DNA of 64,000 bases from positions 1,312,001 to 1,376,000 of the forward strand of contig CAXXUA010000005.1 of NCBI GenBank assembly GCA_963663765.2, read 5' to 3'. The notes under the pieces were generated by a model, which searched no databases, had not been told where the DNA came from, and saw only the letters and a list, made by a program, of their open reading frames with translations. How positions within the stretch are numbered: the stretch's first letter is position 1; every line of letters begins with the position of its first letter. Below are positions 17,839-27,695 of the stretch, one piece after another. The DNA comes from Candidatus Poribacteria bacterium. Lineage in GTDB: Bacteria; Poribacteria; WGA-4E; WGA-3G. A program made the translations under genes and the position numbers.

Positions 17839-20091
17839 TTACTCCTGTGTAACTGGTGATTCCGACTCATTGAATTTAGAACGAGAAACAGCGATGATAG
17901 ATTTTATCACAACAATGATCGGAATAGCAAGTAGTACGCCCCAGAAACCAAGGATTGAAGCACCGATGATCACGGAGAACATAATCAGCAGTGGGTCAAC
18001 ATCAACAGCATTACTCATCACTTTTGGAGAAATGAGGGAGTTGTCAATTGCTTGAATGCCGAGTACGGCACCTAAAACGAATATACACCGGATGAGAAAA
18101 CTGAGAGTGCTGCTGAAATCACCTGCAGCCAGTCCCATCAACATTGCAATGTATGCGAATCCACCACCGATAAAAGGACCGAAAGTCGGTATTGCATTAC
18201 AGAATCCTGCTAAAATACCGACGAGAAGTGCGAAAGGCACGCCGATGAGCCGATAAACGATACAGGAGATGATAGAGACGATAACAATTACGGTGAATTG
18301 TCCTTTGAGAAATTGGTGCATATTCGTATCAATCTCACGTAAATATGCCATTGTCGTATCACGATGTTTTTCAGGAACTAAGTTTATGAAACTACGGATA
18401 TACCTTTCAAACCCTTGGCTTGCATAGACAAAAACGATAAAAGCAAGAAATATAGTTGCAAGAAACCCGCCGAACTGAAAAGCGATAGTGCCAGCTAACC
18501 CAGACAACCATTGTACAAAAGCACCACCGCTTGCAGTCCAACCGGGAATTTTTTCTGTTAGATAATCTTGAAACTGTTGTATAAAGGGTTGATCTCTTAG
18601 TCTTAGTAAACCCTCTTGGGGAACAATAAAACGTTTCCATGTGGATGCGTCTTTGCTCTGTAAATGGATGATATTTTTGCCACCGGCATACAGACCATCG
18701 TTAGTGGAAACTAATAGAGAGATTGATTGTGGGAGTAAGTCTGAATCCCTCATTCGCACCCAATCACCTAAAATTGGATTTCTCTTTTCAAAAAGACCAT
18801 TCGTTGTTCCTACAAACATTTGAAACTGATTGTCTGTAGTTGCTTTATCCGTTGCAACAAACGCTTGAATATTACGTTTAGATTCATCTTTAGAATCCAG
18901 CATAGTCCATTTGTTGATACTATTCAGTTGCCGCCAGTGTATTTCAGTAGGAATTTCCTCTTGTGTGGTTAGCTCCGTATTAATGTTTGTTCCATCTATC
19001 AGTCCATTCGTTGAGTCAGTGCTAACAACATAAATATATCTTTTTTTGCGAGTTACATCAATTATTTCCCTTCGTTCTTCAGATCTCTCAATTGTGTCAA
19101 TTTTGAGAATAGATATATCTTTAGTATTGTCAATTTTCTCTTCAGTCCAATTATCACCTGCATCATTACTTCGATGAAGTCCATTAGTAGTTCCAACATA
19201 GATCAAGTTGGGATCCCAAGCGGGGGCATGGAATGTCAGTAGCGTATGATTTTCAAAATATGTGGTTCTTAATTTACGCCATTCCAATTCTTCGGGAGGA
19301 GCGATCAAAGATTTTTTAGTCTTACCTGCAGCCGTGGGTATAACAGTCTTGCTACAGCGATAGATTTCATTTTCTGCGATTGCATAGATGTATTTATTAC
19401 CGACGGTAATCTGATCAATCGGTTTTCCGACCAGTTCACCGTTTGTGATACCAATTTGAGTTGGTTCAGTATCCTTACTTTTCTTTTCATTCTTCAAGAA
19501 ATAGATCCCGTGTTTCGTGCCGAGAATGAGTGTTTCAGTGTCACCGGTTTGATCAACTGCAAAAGCCGTATACTCATCCCCTTCAACTAAAGGGAGTAAC
19601 CTTTCATGATAGAATTTCTGCAATCCTTTTGCCATTTGTCCAATTTGATCTCCGACTCGGAATCCTGTATAGGTTAACCCGACACCGCAAATAACCACAA
19701 TCAGAGCAGTAGCGATTGCGCGCTGGTAATATTTCTCAAATGGTAGTGCGCGCCAAAGGAATCTAAAGAGATATGCAAATCCAAAACCGAGAATGAAGGG
19801 CATGAAAACACCAAGTATTCTGACAAATAACCAGAGACCAATCATGATGATTTCAAGATGAACGATAAACTTGATCCCGACCCATTTGTATATCCGGATC
19901 AGCATCGCAATGAGTGCAATCGGTACTAGTGGGTGTAATAAGAGTATCCGATTCCCATTCACCTCAGAAATTGCACCGTGGTAGAAGGCAAATGCGATCC
20001 ATAATGCGGCTAATGCAACACTAATGATTGCCAGTGAAGTTTCACCAGTTATACCAGATTGTTGAGGGGTTGTTTCGTTTTGAGAGTTCAT
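17839..20091 (-). CDS. AI-2E family transporter with an inserted beta-propeller
   Basis: C-terminal FLKGQF, NAIPTFGPFIG, QAIDNSLISPKVM, GVLLAIP; central hydrophilic BNR region (RSNDAGDNW). Confidence 0.8.
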   Translation of the reverse strand: MNSQNETTPQQSGITGETSLAIISVALAALWIAFAFYHGAISEVNGNRILLLHPLVPIALIAMLIRIYKWVGIKFIVHLEIIMIGLWLFVRILGVFMPFILGFGFAYLFRFLWRALPFEKYYQRAIATALIVVICGVGLTYTGFRVGDQIGQMAKGLQKFYHERLLPLVEGDEYTAFAVDQTGDTETLILGTKHGIYFLKNEKKSKDTEPTQIGITNGELVGKPIDQITVGNKYIYAIAENEIYRCSKTVIPTAAGKTKKSLIAPPEELEWRKLRTTYFENHTLLTFHAPAWDPNLIYVGTTNGLHRSNDAGDNWTEEKIDNTKDISILKIDTIERSEERREIIDVTRKKRYIYVVSTDSTNGLIDGTNINTELTTQEEIPTEIHWRQLNSINKWTMLDSKDESKRNIQAFVATDKATTDNQFQMFVGTTNGLFEKRNPILGDWVRMRDSDLLPQSISLLVSTNDGLYAGGKNIIHLQSKDASTWKRFIVPQEGLLRLRDQPFIQQFQDYLTEKIPGWTASGGAFVQWLSGLAGTIAFQFGGFLATIFLAFIVFVYASQGFERYIRSFINLVPEKHRDTTMAYLREIDTNMHQFLKGQFTVIVIVSIISCIVYRLIGVPFALLVGILAGFCNAIPTFGPFIGGGFAYIAMLMGLAAGDFSSTLSFLIRCIFVLGAVLGIQAIDNSLISPKVMSNAVDVDPLLIMFSVIIGASILGFWGVLLAIPIIVVIKSIIAVSRSKFNESESPVTQE

Positions 20092-20209
20092 ATTTTGTTC
20101 GGAGAGATCAATTTCTTCTCTGAAGAATCACTTTTTGAAATGGTGAGTGAATATGTTGACAAAAAACACTTGTGAATCTATGTTAATAGATACGTATAAG
20201 GTATTGGTT

Positions 20210-20352
20210 GGGTTTCGCAACGTTAAACCTATAGGTGTCAATTTAAGGATTTTGACCTCTTGTGGGAGGGGTTGAAAACCCCTCCCACAAGAGAAAATGC
20301 AAACAATATTTTCTTAAGTTGCCACCTATAGGTTTCGCAACGTTAAACCCAT
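20210..20352. repeat. Shell J with collapsed family A hairpin, flanked by a direct repeat GGTTTCGCAACGTTAAACC
   Basis: Direct repeats at 20211-20229 and 20331-20349; CCTATAGG at both junctions. Confidence 0.8.
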
Positions 20353-20397
20353 AATTCATCGTTATGAATGCCATACACGCATTCATAACGATGAATT
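20353..20397. terminator. Perfect 19-bp-arm hairpin just downstream of the DAACS gene
   Basis: AATTCATCGTTATGAATGC-7 nt-GCATTCATAACGATGAATT; no clear U-tract, so it could be a REP-type hairpin. Confidence 0.45.
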
Positions 20398-20414
20398 TAC
20401 CCAACAATAGGGGA

Positions 20415-22007
20415 CTAAGTTGCTGGAGCTTCAACGGAATCTTTTGTCTCAAAAGTTTCAATGATGCCAGCACCGACACTGTCACCCCAAACGTTGACGG
20501 TTGTTCGGAATCTGTCAAGTAGCCAGTCAATTGAAAGTATCAATGCGACACCTTCAATGGGTAGTCCGACTGCCTTTAGGACGATCACCATCGTAACGAG
20601 TCCTGCTTCAGGTATTCCCGCAGCACCTATTGCAGCGAGTGTCGCAGTCAGGACGATTATGAGTTGTTCTGCGGGTCCCATTGTAATTCCATACACTTGT
20701 GCGATGAACATTACAGCGACAGCCTCATAAAGTGCAGTACCATCCATATTAATAGTAGCCCCTAACGGCAACACAAAACTTGCTGTACGATTAGAGATCC
20801 CATTTTGTTCCTCAACATTCTCCATAGTTAGCGGTAATGTAGCACTTGAACTTGCAGTAGAGAAAGCGTTAAGTAATGCTGTTCCCATTCCTTGTGCATA
20901 TCCGATCGGGTTCCGTCGTCCGAATATGAATAGTAATGTTGGTAGGATAACGAACCCATGGAAACCAAGGGCTAATATCACTGTCATACTGTATTTGCCG
21001 ACAGCAGCTAATTCTGGTAAGAATTCAGCGAAACCTCCTGCTTCCCCTATTCTACCTGCAATTAAACCGAAAATACCTACAGGTGCAATGATCATAATCC
21101 AGTTGACAATCTGCATTACAGCTTCATTAAAGGCGTTAAAGATGGCAATCGCTGGTTTCCCTACATCCCCAATAACTGACAAAGCAGCACCAATGAAAAG
21201 TGAGAAAAAGATAAGCGGCAGGATATCCATATTTGCCATCGCCATAAAGATGTTCTCTGGAATCATGCCCTGTTTACCAGTGTTTTTGTTACCTAAGAAC
21301 ACTTCCATAATGGTCTGCCCCATCGTGCGATCTTCTTGCCTTTTTACATCGGAAATTTTGGGTAGCGCGATTTCAATACCGGCGCCAGATTGATCAACCT
21401 TTAGATCGGTAAATTGGTTTTTAGCAATCAGCAACGTTTTGCCATTCTCTGTTATTATGTAATCAATTTCACCAGACAAGTCTTGCCAATTTTCTACAGT
21501 TACTTCGTTGTCTTTAATAGATTTGATTTCACCAACCAAATTTTGATCAACGAGTGTGATTATAAATTTGTTGGAATATTCTTTTTCAATTTCACCCTCG
21601 GATAATGTTAAAGTGAGGTTATTCTCTCCACTCAAGGTATAAGAGAGATCAGGGTATAGGTCACCTTCTTCTGAGAGTTCTATTCCTTTTCCAGGAGCGA
21701 TAATGTTAACGAGAATCATCCCAACGATAACTGAGATTGCAGTCGTTGCCATATAATAAAGGACGGTGCGTCCGCCGATGGAACCGAGGTTGCGTATATC
21801 ACCAAGGTTTGTAATTCCTACGACCATAGAAAAGATCACAAGAGGTACAACAACCATCTTCAGTAAAGTCAAGAATATTTCACCTAATATTTCGGTATGT
21901 TTAGCAAACCCTGGCGCATACCCGCCAACAAGTGTCCCGAGAATAATAGCGATGACTATACCAATTAGAAGTCCAAAATTACTTTCGGAATTTCCGTTAT
22001 TGCTCAT
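20415..22007 (-). CDS. Dicarboxylate/amino acid:cation symporter (DAACS) with a large loop insert
   Basis: LLKMVVVPLV, AFSTASSSATLP, LPLGATINMDGTALYE, DWLLDRFRTTVNVWGD. Confidence 0.93.
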   Translation of the reverse strand: MSNNGNSESNFGLLIGIVIAIILGTLVGGYAPGFAKHTEILGEIFLTLLKMVVVPLVIFSMVVGITNLGDIRNLGSIGGRTVLYYMATTAISVIVGMILVNIIAPGKGIELSEEGDLYPDLSYTLSGENNLTLTLSEGEIEKEYSNKFIITLVDQNLVGEIKSIKDNEVTVENWQDLSGEIDYIITENGKTLLIAKNQFTDLKVDQSGAGIEIALPKISDVKRQEDRTMGQTIMEVFLGNKNTGKQGMIPENIFMAMANMDILPLIFFSLFIGAALSVIGDVGKPAIAIFNAFNEAVMQIVNWIMIIAPVGIFGLIAGRIGEAGGFAEFLPELAAVGKYSMTVILALGFHGFVILPTLLFIFGRRNPIGYAQGMGTALLNAFSTASSSATLPLTMENVEEQNGISNRTASFVLPLGATINMDGTALYEAVAVMFIAQVYGITMGPAEQLIIVLTATLAAIGAAGIPEAGLVTMVIVLKAVGLPIEGVALILSIDWLLDRFRTTVNVWGDSVGAGIIETFETKDSVEAPAT

Positions 22008-22059
22008 AGTTTATTTCCTTTTATAAGTGGTGTTTAACCACAATATATTAAATGTTTTA

Positions 22060-24072
22060 TTATTCATTTACATCCACGCGAATTGACAGTTCTTCTAATT
22101 GTTCTTCAGATACATTTGATGGTGCATGAGTTAGCAGACACATACCTTGCTGTGATTTCGGAAATGCGATTACCTCGCGGATGTTATCTTCATTCCGCAT
22201 TAACATCACAATTCGGTCAAGTCCGGGTGCGATTCCAGCATGTGGTGGTGTGCCGTATTCTAAAGCGTCAATGAAGTACCCGAAACGTTCTTTGACTTCT
22301 TCAGGTTTGATTTTCAGTATATCAAATATCTTCTGTTGAATATCCCATTGATGAATTCTGACACTACCGCTACATATTTCTGATCCGTTACACACCAGAT
22401 CATAGTGTTGGCTTTGAACTTTACCTGGGTCCGTGTCTAACAGAGCTAGAGTCTCCTCTGTAGCACCGGTGAATAAGTGATGGAAAGGTTCGTAACGATT
22501 TTCATCTTCGTTCCATTCAAACAGTGGATAATCCACAATCCACAAGAAGTTGTACTTTGTTTCGTCTATTAGGTTCAGTTTGCGACCGAGATGTAGACGT
22601 AGGTTACCGAGTGCGTCTGCGACGACCTTTTGTCTGTCAGCGACGAAGAACATGATGTCCCCTTCGTTTGCACCCATCCGTTCTTGTGCTGTTTCAAGTT
22701 GTTCTGTTTTGAAAAACTTGACGATTCCTGACGAAAAACCATCTGAAGTAACCTTAACCCAAGCTAACCCCTTTGCACGATAGGTAGCGACAAAATCTGT
22801 CAAATCTTCAATATCTTTCCGAGAAAAGTCTGCACCACCGGGAACAGCGATACCTTTTACCTGTCCACCAGAAGACAGTGCACGAGTAAAAACCTGAAAA
22901 TCGCAATCAGCCATAACATCTGAAAGGTCTGTGAGTTCCATACCAAATCGTGTGTCCGGTTTGTCATTCCCAAACCGTGCCATAGATTCATAGTAAGGAA
23001 GACGTAAGAAAGGTGTTTGAACGGGGATACCACCTGCGTCTTCAAATATCCGCTTCATCAGTCCTTCGGTGACATCAAGCACGTCGTCAACACCTGCAAA
23101 GGACATCTCAATATCAATTTGTGTGAACTCAAGTTGTCTATCTGCCCGTGTGTCTTCATCTCGGAAACAACGCGCAATCTGAAAATAACGATCAACCCCG
23201 CTCATCATCAGGATCTGTTTAAACTGCTGCGGAGATTGTGGGAGTGCGTAGAATTTGCCCGGATAATACCGACTCGGTACCAGAACGTCACGTGCACCTT
23301 CCGGTGTGCTATTCATTAAAATGGGAGTCTCAATTTCAAGGAACCCATTTTCATTCATATAGTTTCGTGCAGCGAGTGAGGCTTTATGACGCATTTCAAG
23401 CGTTTTCTGCATCTCTGGCCGACGCAAATCAATGAACCTATACCGCATACGTATATCTTCTGCTACATCAATATCGTCTTCAACTGGGAACGGTGGCGTT
23501 TTCGCAGTATTGAGTATCTGCAACGAATCAACCGCTACTTCTATTTCGCCTGTTGCAAGTTCTGGATTGACAGTGCCTTGATGTATACACAGTTTGTCCG
23601 TTTCAAGTAAGATGTCATACGTTCTGTTGTTTTCAATATCAGTGAGAAGCCAATGTTTGTCATTTTCACGAACACTCACGTTAATCTCATCCGATAGAGT
23701 ATACTTCGTATCTACATCTGAAAAGAGGGAACGAAATTCGGATGATAACGATGGGTCGTCGGAGAGTTCATTTTGAAACGATACGTTAGCTGTGAAGAGC
23801 AATTCACCAGGGGCACGTTCTCGGACTGTACCGCTTACGTTTAGCACAAACTCACTTCTGACAGCATCAGCAAGTTCGTGTGCTTTCTCGTCAATCTGTG
23901 GGTCAAAGACAACCTGTGTGATTCCCGTTCTATCACGTAAATCAACAAATATTACGCCACCGTGGTCGCGCCGTCTTCTGACCCAACCATTGAGATGTGC
24001 AGTGGTGCCAGCATCATTCAATCGCAGGTCACCACAATAATGTGTCCGTTCTAAAGAAGTTTCTTGGGACAT
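22060..24072 (-). CDS. aspS: Aspartate-tRNA(Asp/Asn) ligase
   Basis: RRRDHGGVIFVDLRD, LPQSPQQFKQ, YFQIARCFRDED, PPHAGIAPGLDR, GAD domain. Confidence 0.96.
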   Translation of the reverse strand: MSQETSLERTHYCGDLRLNDAGTTAHLNGWVRRRRDHGGVIFVDLRDRTGITQVVFDPQIDEKAHELADAVRSEFVLNVSGTVRERAPGELLFTANVSFQNELSDDPSLSSEFRSLFSDVDTKYTLSDEINVSVRENDKHWLLTDIENNRTYDILLETDKLCIHQGTVNPELATGEIEVAVDSLQILNTAKTPPFPVEDDIDVAEDIRMRYRFIDLRRPEMQKTLEMRHKASLAARNYMNENGFLEIETPILMNSTPEGARDVLVPSRYYPGKFYALPQSPQQFKQILMMSGVDRYFQIARCFRDEDTRADRQLEFTQIDIEMSFAGVDDVLDVTEGLMKRIFEDAGGIPVQTPFLRLPYYESMARFGNDKPDTRFGMELTDLSDVMADCDFQVFTRALSSGGQVKGIAVPGGADFSRKDIEDLTDFVATYRAKGLAWVKVTSDGFSSGIVKFFKTEQLETAQERMGANEGDIMFFVADRQKVVADALGNLRLHLGRKLNLIDETKYNFLWIVDYPLFEWNEDENRYEPFHHLFTGATEETLALLDTDPGKVQSQHYDLVCNGSEICSGSVRIHQWDIQQKIFDILKIKPEEVKERFGYFIDALEYGTPPHAGIAPGLDRIVMLMRNEDNIREVIAFPKSQQGMCLLTHAPSNVSEEQLEELSIRVDVNE

Positions 24073-24092
24073 AATGGGTCTGTGTTTTCCTC

Positions 24093-27000
24093 CTATTTTT
24101 GTATCTCTTTCAGTTCGTTTTGGATCTGTTCTTTGTCGTATAGTAAATTACTTGGATCTGATGAAAGTGGTATTTCTGCTTCTATGACTTTCAAGGCACT
24201 TGTATAGTGTTCAACCTGTTTATCGGATTGATTCATTGCGTGGTAGACTTTACCAAGTATATGATGTGAACGCCATGAATTTGAATCTCTATTTAATCCT
24301 TTTTGTGCGTACTCTTTTGCCGCGTCAATGTTTTCCAGTTCTAAATGGAGTGTTGCCATCGCAGCAAAAATGGGTGCGGGTAATTTCGCATCTCGTCTTT
24401 CAAGTCGTTCATAAGTCCGTAGCGCGTCTTTGTAACGTCCTTGTCGTTGATATAAAGGACCTAAAATAACATATACGTCTAACCTATTCGGGGTTCGCTT
24501 GAGTAATTCCTCAAGTTGTGTCGAAGCTTTAGCAAGTTCTTTTCTCGCTTTTTCGTATTCACCATTTCTCTCATAATCTGTAGCTAAATTCTCATAAACT
24601 ATTGCCAAATTAAGATATTCTTGAATTGCATTCGGATTTTGTCGTAGACTATTTTTCGTTTTTTCTTCAAAATCGGTAAGTTCCTTTTGTTGGTCCTCTC
24701 TAATTATACCTGAGACAACACCGAAGTTATATCGGATTGTTTCGTCATTAGGATTCTGACTTACTGCTTGGTTCATTAGAGTCATCGCAGTTTCAAGTTC
24801 ATCATTAGGATTTGCAATCTGTGCTTTAGCATAAGCAATCTGACCAAGAATTAGTAACTGTGTAGCATTAAAGTAGGTATTCAGTTTTGTTTCAATTGCT
24901 TTTTTCTCCTCCAACGTCGTCCAGTAGTTACTCAAGAGTTGTGTGACACGTTCTCGATATTCTTTCATTCCGATTATATTCTGTGCTGTAGAGTTGACCA
25001 AATCTGTACCTTTGAAGAACTCTAATCTGGGTCTGTCATCAGTGTGGATAGGTTCATCCCGTTCATCCTCAACATACTTCCGTACTGCTTCAGGTCCCAT
25101 CATAAATGAATCCAGCAACGACATACCGTCCAGATCGTCAGCGGCAAGTCCTTCGCGAATACCCGATGACTGGCTACGTCGTATGAAGTCTTTGTAATTT
25201 ATCATAAGCGGTTTCAGTGTACCAATCAGAATAACAAAGTCTGGTGTGTATTTGTACCAAACCGTAGTCTCTGGAAATACTTTGATAAATGTTCGGACAA
25301 TCATCTTATAGTGCTTTTCTGGCAACCGATGTAACGGCACCCACTGACACATCACACCATCTTCAGTGAGGATTCTTTTGCATAAACGGTAAAAATCTGC
25401 TGTATATATATTTGAACTACCTGCACTCACAAGTGGATGGATGATGCCTGTAGAAATCATATCATATTTTTTCTCTGTCATCAAGATATGATTGCGACCA
25501 TCATTTAATTTATAGTTGAATAAACGATTTTCAAAGATATTGCCATTCACATGTTTGAAATGTTTTTGTGCAGCATCAAGCACTCCTTTGGATAACTCAA
25601 TCGCATCTACTTGCACCCCGTGCTGTGTGATTGAATGTGAGGTTAAACCCATGCCGAATCCCACGACGAGAGCACGTTTTGGGTTCGGATGAAGTAATAA
25701 CGGCAGATGTGCAATAACACGATGTGAGGGTGAGTCCCACCGTGAAGCATCAGCAGCTTGATTCGCATCTACATAGAGACGATAGACACCTTCATCATCT
25801 TTCAATGTTGTTACCGTCGCATCTATCTCCTCCTTGTAATCAACGACTTCATCTCCCGGACGTTGCGTCTTGAATATTGTGCTTTTCAAGAAAAGTGGTT
25901 GATTTAAGGTGAGTAAGACAATTACTGCTAACCCAATATTAAGAACTGGCATACCGATGCCTATTCCTTGAAAAACTTGTTTAGCACCGCCTTCTTCTCC
26001 TGTTTTAGTTGCACGCCATCCTGCCAATACCAGTAGACATCCGATACCCGTATTCAATGCGACCGTCAACACGATGCTGGGTCGGATATTCAAGAGTGGA
26101 ATTAGGATAAACCCAGCAAAGAACGCACCTAATATACTACCAACAGTGTTGATAGCATATACGTTGCCGATACTTCTACCGAGTTGACGTGCATTGCCGG
26201 TATAGATTTTTGTCACTAACGGAAAACTTGCTCCCATCAGAAACGTTGGCAGACTCATCACAAGGAAACAGGAAAAGAACGTCCAAAATCGACTTGCACC
26301 AAAGGTGGATTGCAGCGCGTAGGTCATCCCATATAACCGTTCAAACGCAGGTAGGAGTATTAATGCGAATAGACCAATACAGAGTTGGAAAACACCGAAT
26401 GTAATAACAGGTTGTTTGATACGGTCAACCCATCGTGCTAAGATCATACTGCCAAGTGCAATGCCGAATAGGAACGCAGCCAGCATCGTTGCAAACGCAT
26501 AGGACGTACTACCCAAAAAGAAAACCAAAATACGTGTCCACAGGACTTCATAAGCCAAAGCACAGAAACCCGATACACCTATTGCCCACAATACCAATTG
26601 ATGTTCCCTTATCTGCAATCCTCCGTTAGCAGGTTGTAGTGGTTTTGCATTCTGTTGATCCGCGTTGATATTCTCCTGTTCTACCATTTCATCGTCTTCA
26701 TCAGTTTCTATCTTGTGTGCGTGTCGTGACAAAACCAGCGCAACTATAGCAACACCAAGATTGATTGCAATCGCTACTCGGAGTGACCAAGTGATACCGA
26801 ATGCTTCAATTAAGAAAAAACCTGCTGCGACAGTGCCTATCACTGCCCCAAACGTATTCAACGCATATAATATACCGATGTTTGTTCCTAATTGTTCCAA
26901 TCTCTTGACGAAAAACCTTGTCAGGACAGGTAGCGTGCCACCCATCAATGTTGATGGAATGAGTAAGATACCAAATGTTAGGACAAATCGGATAAGTGAA

Positions 27001-27338
27001 AGGGTATAGAATTCGGATGTTATGTGCCGGTTGATAAGGACATAGATTGCAGTTAAGACGGTAAGCAGTAGTGGCCAGATAAGACAAAACCCACCAATAC
27101 CTGCTTCAAGGATGGCATAAAGTTTTAGCGGTGACATTCTGCTTTCGTCAATCTTTCTACCGAAGTAGAAGCTGCCAAGGGCAAGTCCTGCCATGAATGC
27201 TGTGAGAACGGTGCTTGTCGCAAAAACAGTGCTGCCGAAAACGAGCGTCAGTTGCCGCATCCATATTACCTCATAGATGAGGGCACTTGCACCTGATAGG
27301 ATAAAGATGAGCCAAACGAGGAGTTTTATGTGTCGCAT
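24093..27338 (-). CDS. Fused MFS/spermidine synthase-like membrane protein with C-terminal TPRs
   Basis: SGASALIYEVIW, LMGGTLP, LYALNTFG repeated twice; LVVGFGMG, DGRN, QWVP; TPR-like tail. Confidence 0.85.
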   Translation of the reverse strand: MRHIKLLVWLIFILSGASALIYEVIWMRQLTLVFGSTVFATSTVLTAFMAGLALGSFYFGRKIDESRMSPLKLYAILEAGIGGFCLIWPLLLTVLTAIYVLINRHITSEFYTLSLIRFVLTFGILLIPSTLMGGTLPVLTRFFVKRLEQLGTNIGILYALNTFGAVIGTVAAGFFLIEAFGITWSLRVAIAINLGVAIVALVLSRHAHKIETDEDDEMVEQENINADQQNAKPLQPANGGLQIREHQLVLWAIGVSGFCALAYEVLWTRILVFFLGSTSYAFATMLAAFLFGIALGSMILARWVDRIKQPVITFGVFQLCIGLFALILLPAFERLYGMTYALQSTFGASRFWTFFSCFLVMSLPTFLMGASFPLVTKIYTGNARQLGRSIGNVYAINTVGSILGAFFAGFILIPLLNIRPSIVLTVALNTGIGCLLVLAGWRATKTGEEGGAKQVFQGIGIGMPVLNIGLAVIVLLTLNQPLFLKSTIFKTQRPGDEVVDYKEEIDATVTTLKDDEGVYRLYVDANQAADASRWDSPSHRVIAHLPLLLHPNPKRALVVGFGMGLTSHSITQHGVQVDAIELSKGVLDAAQKHFKHVNGNIFENRLFNYKLNDGRNHILMTEKKYDMISTGIIHPLVSAGSSNIYTADFYRLCKRILTEDGVMCQWVPLHRLPEKHYKMIVRTFIKVFPETTVWYKYTPDFVILIGTLKPLMINYKDFIRRSQSSGIREGLAADDLDGMSLLDSFMMGPEAVRKYVEDERDEPIHTDDRPRLEFFKGTDLVNSTAQNIIGMKEYRERVTQLLSNYWTTLEEKKAIETKLNTYFNATQLLILGQIAYAKAQIANPNDELETAMTLMNQAVSQNPNDETIRYNFGVVSGIIREDQQKELTDFEEKTKNSLRQNPNAIQEYLNLAIVYENLATDYERNGEYEKARKELAKASTQLEELLKRTPNRLDVYVILGPLYQRQGRYKDALRTYERLERRDAKLPAPIFAAMATLHLELENIDAAKEYAQKGLNRDSNSWRSHHILGKVYHAMNQSDKQVEHYTSALKVIEAEIPLSSDPSNLLYDKEQIQNELKEIQK

Positions 27339-27415
27339 TTTTGATTATGCCCAACAAGGATATGTATATATGATATGTCAGTATCCTCAAAATTACAAGC
27401 AGAATCTTCTAAATT

Positions 27416-27600
27416 GGTGTGTAAAGCTTTTTGCGTACAGAATCGCGGATTACGCGGATTATGCGGTTAAAATGTCCGCATGAGAATTTATCGCAGAGAA
27501 TAAGCGTTTTCTAAGCAACACGCTCAATTGCAGATGTATAATCCGTGTAATCCGTGTAATCCGTGATTCTGACAACACCATGCCAAGAACTTTACACACC
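27416..27600. mobile_element. MITE-like shell I (GGTGTGTAAAG...CTTTACACACC) enclosing inverted 9-bp repeat tracts
   Basis: CGCGGATTA repeats on the left and ATCCGTGTA repeats on the right; sister copy at 48261-48511. Confidence 0.75.
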
Positions 27601-27615
27601 CTCCCAAAATTTCTA

Positions 27616-27670
27616 TTGAAAAACAAAGATCAAATCTGTTATAATGTGCAAAAATTAGGACTTATTGCAC
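27616..27670 (+). promoter_or_regulatory. Promoter plus putative operator for the HTH-IrrE/MazF operon
   Basis: TTGAAA-18 nt-TATAAT (extended TG), immediately followed by the inverted repeat GTGCAA-N13-TTGCAC. Confidence 0.6.
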
Positions 27671-27695
27671 TCTACCCTTTCAAAAGGATTTTAGC

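Noticed and set aside
23575-23805. Intein in aspS (insert ends near HQ)
   Set aside because: Too short for a splicing domain, does not start with C/S/A, and HQ is followed by Gly rather than C/S/T.
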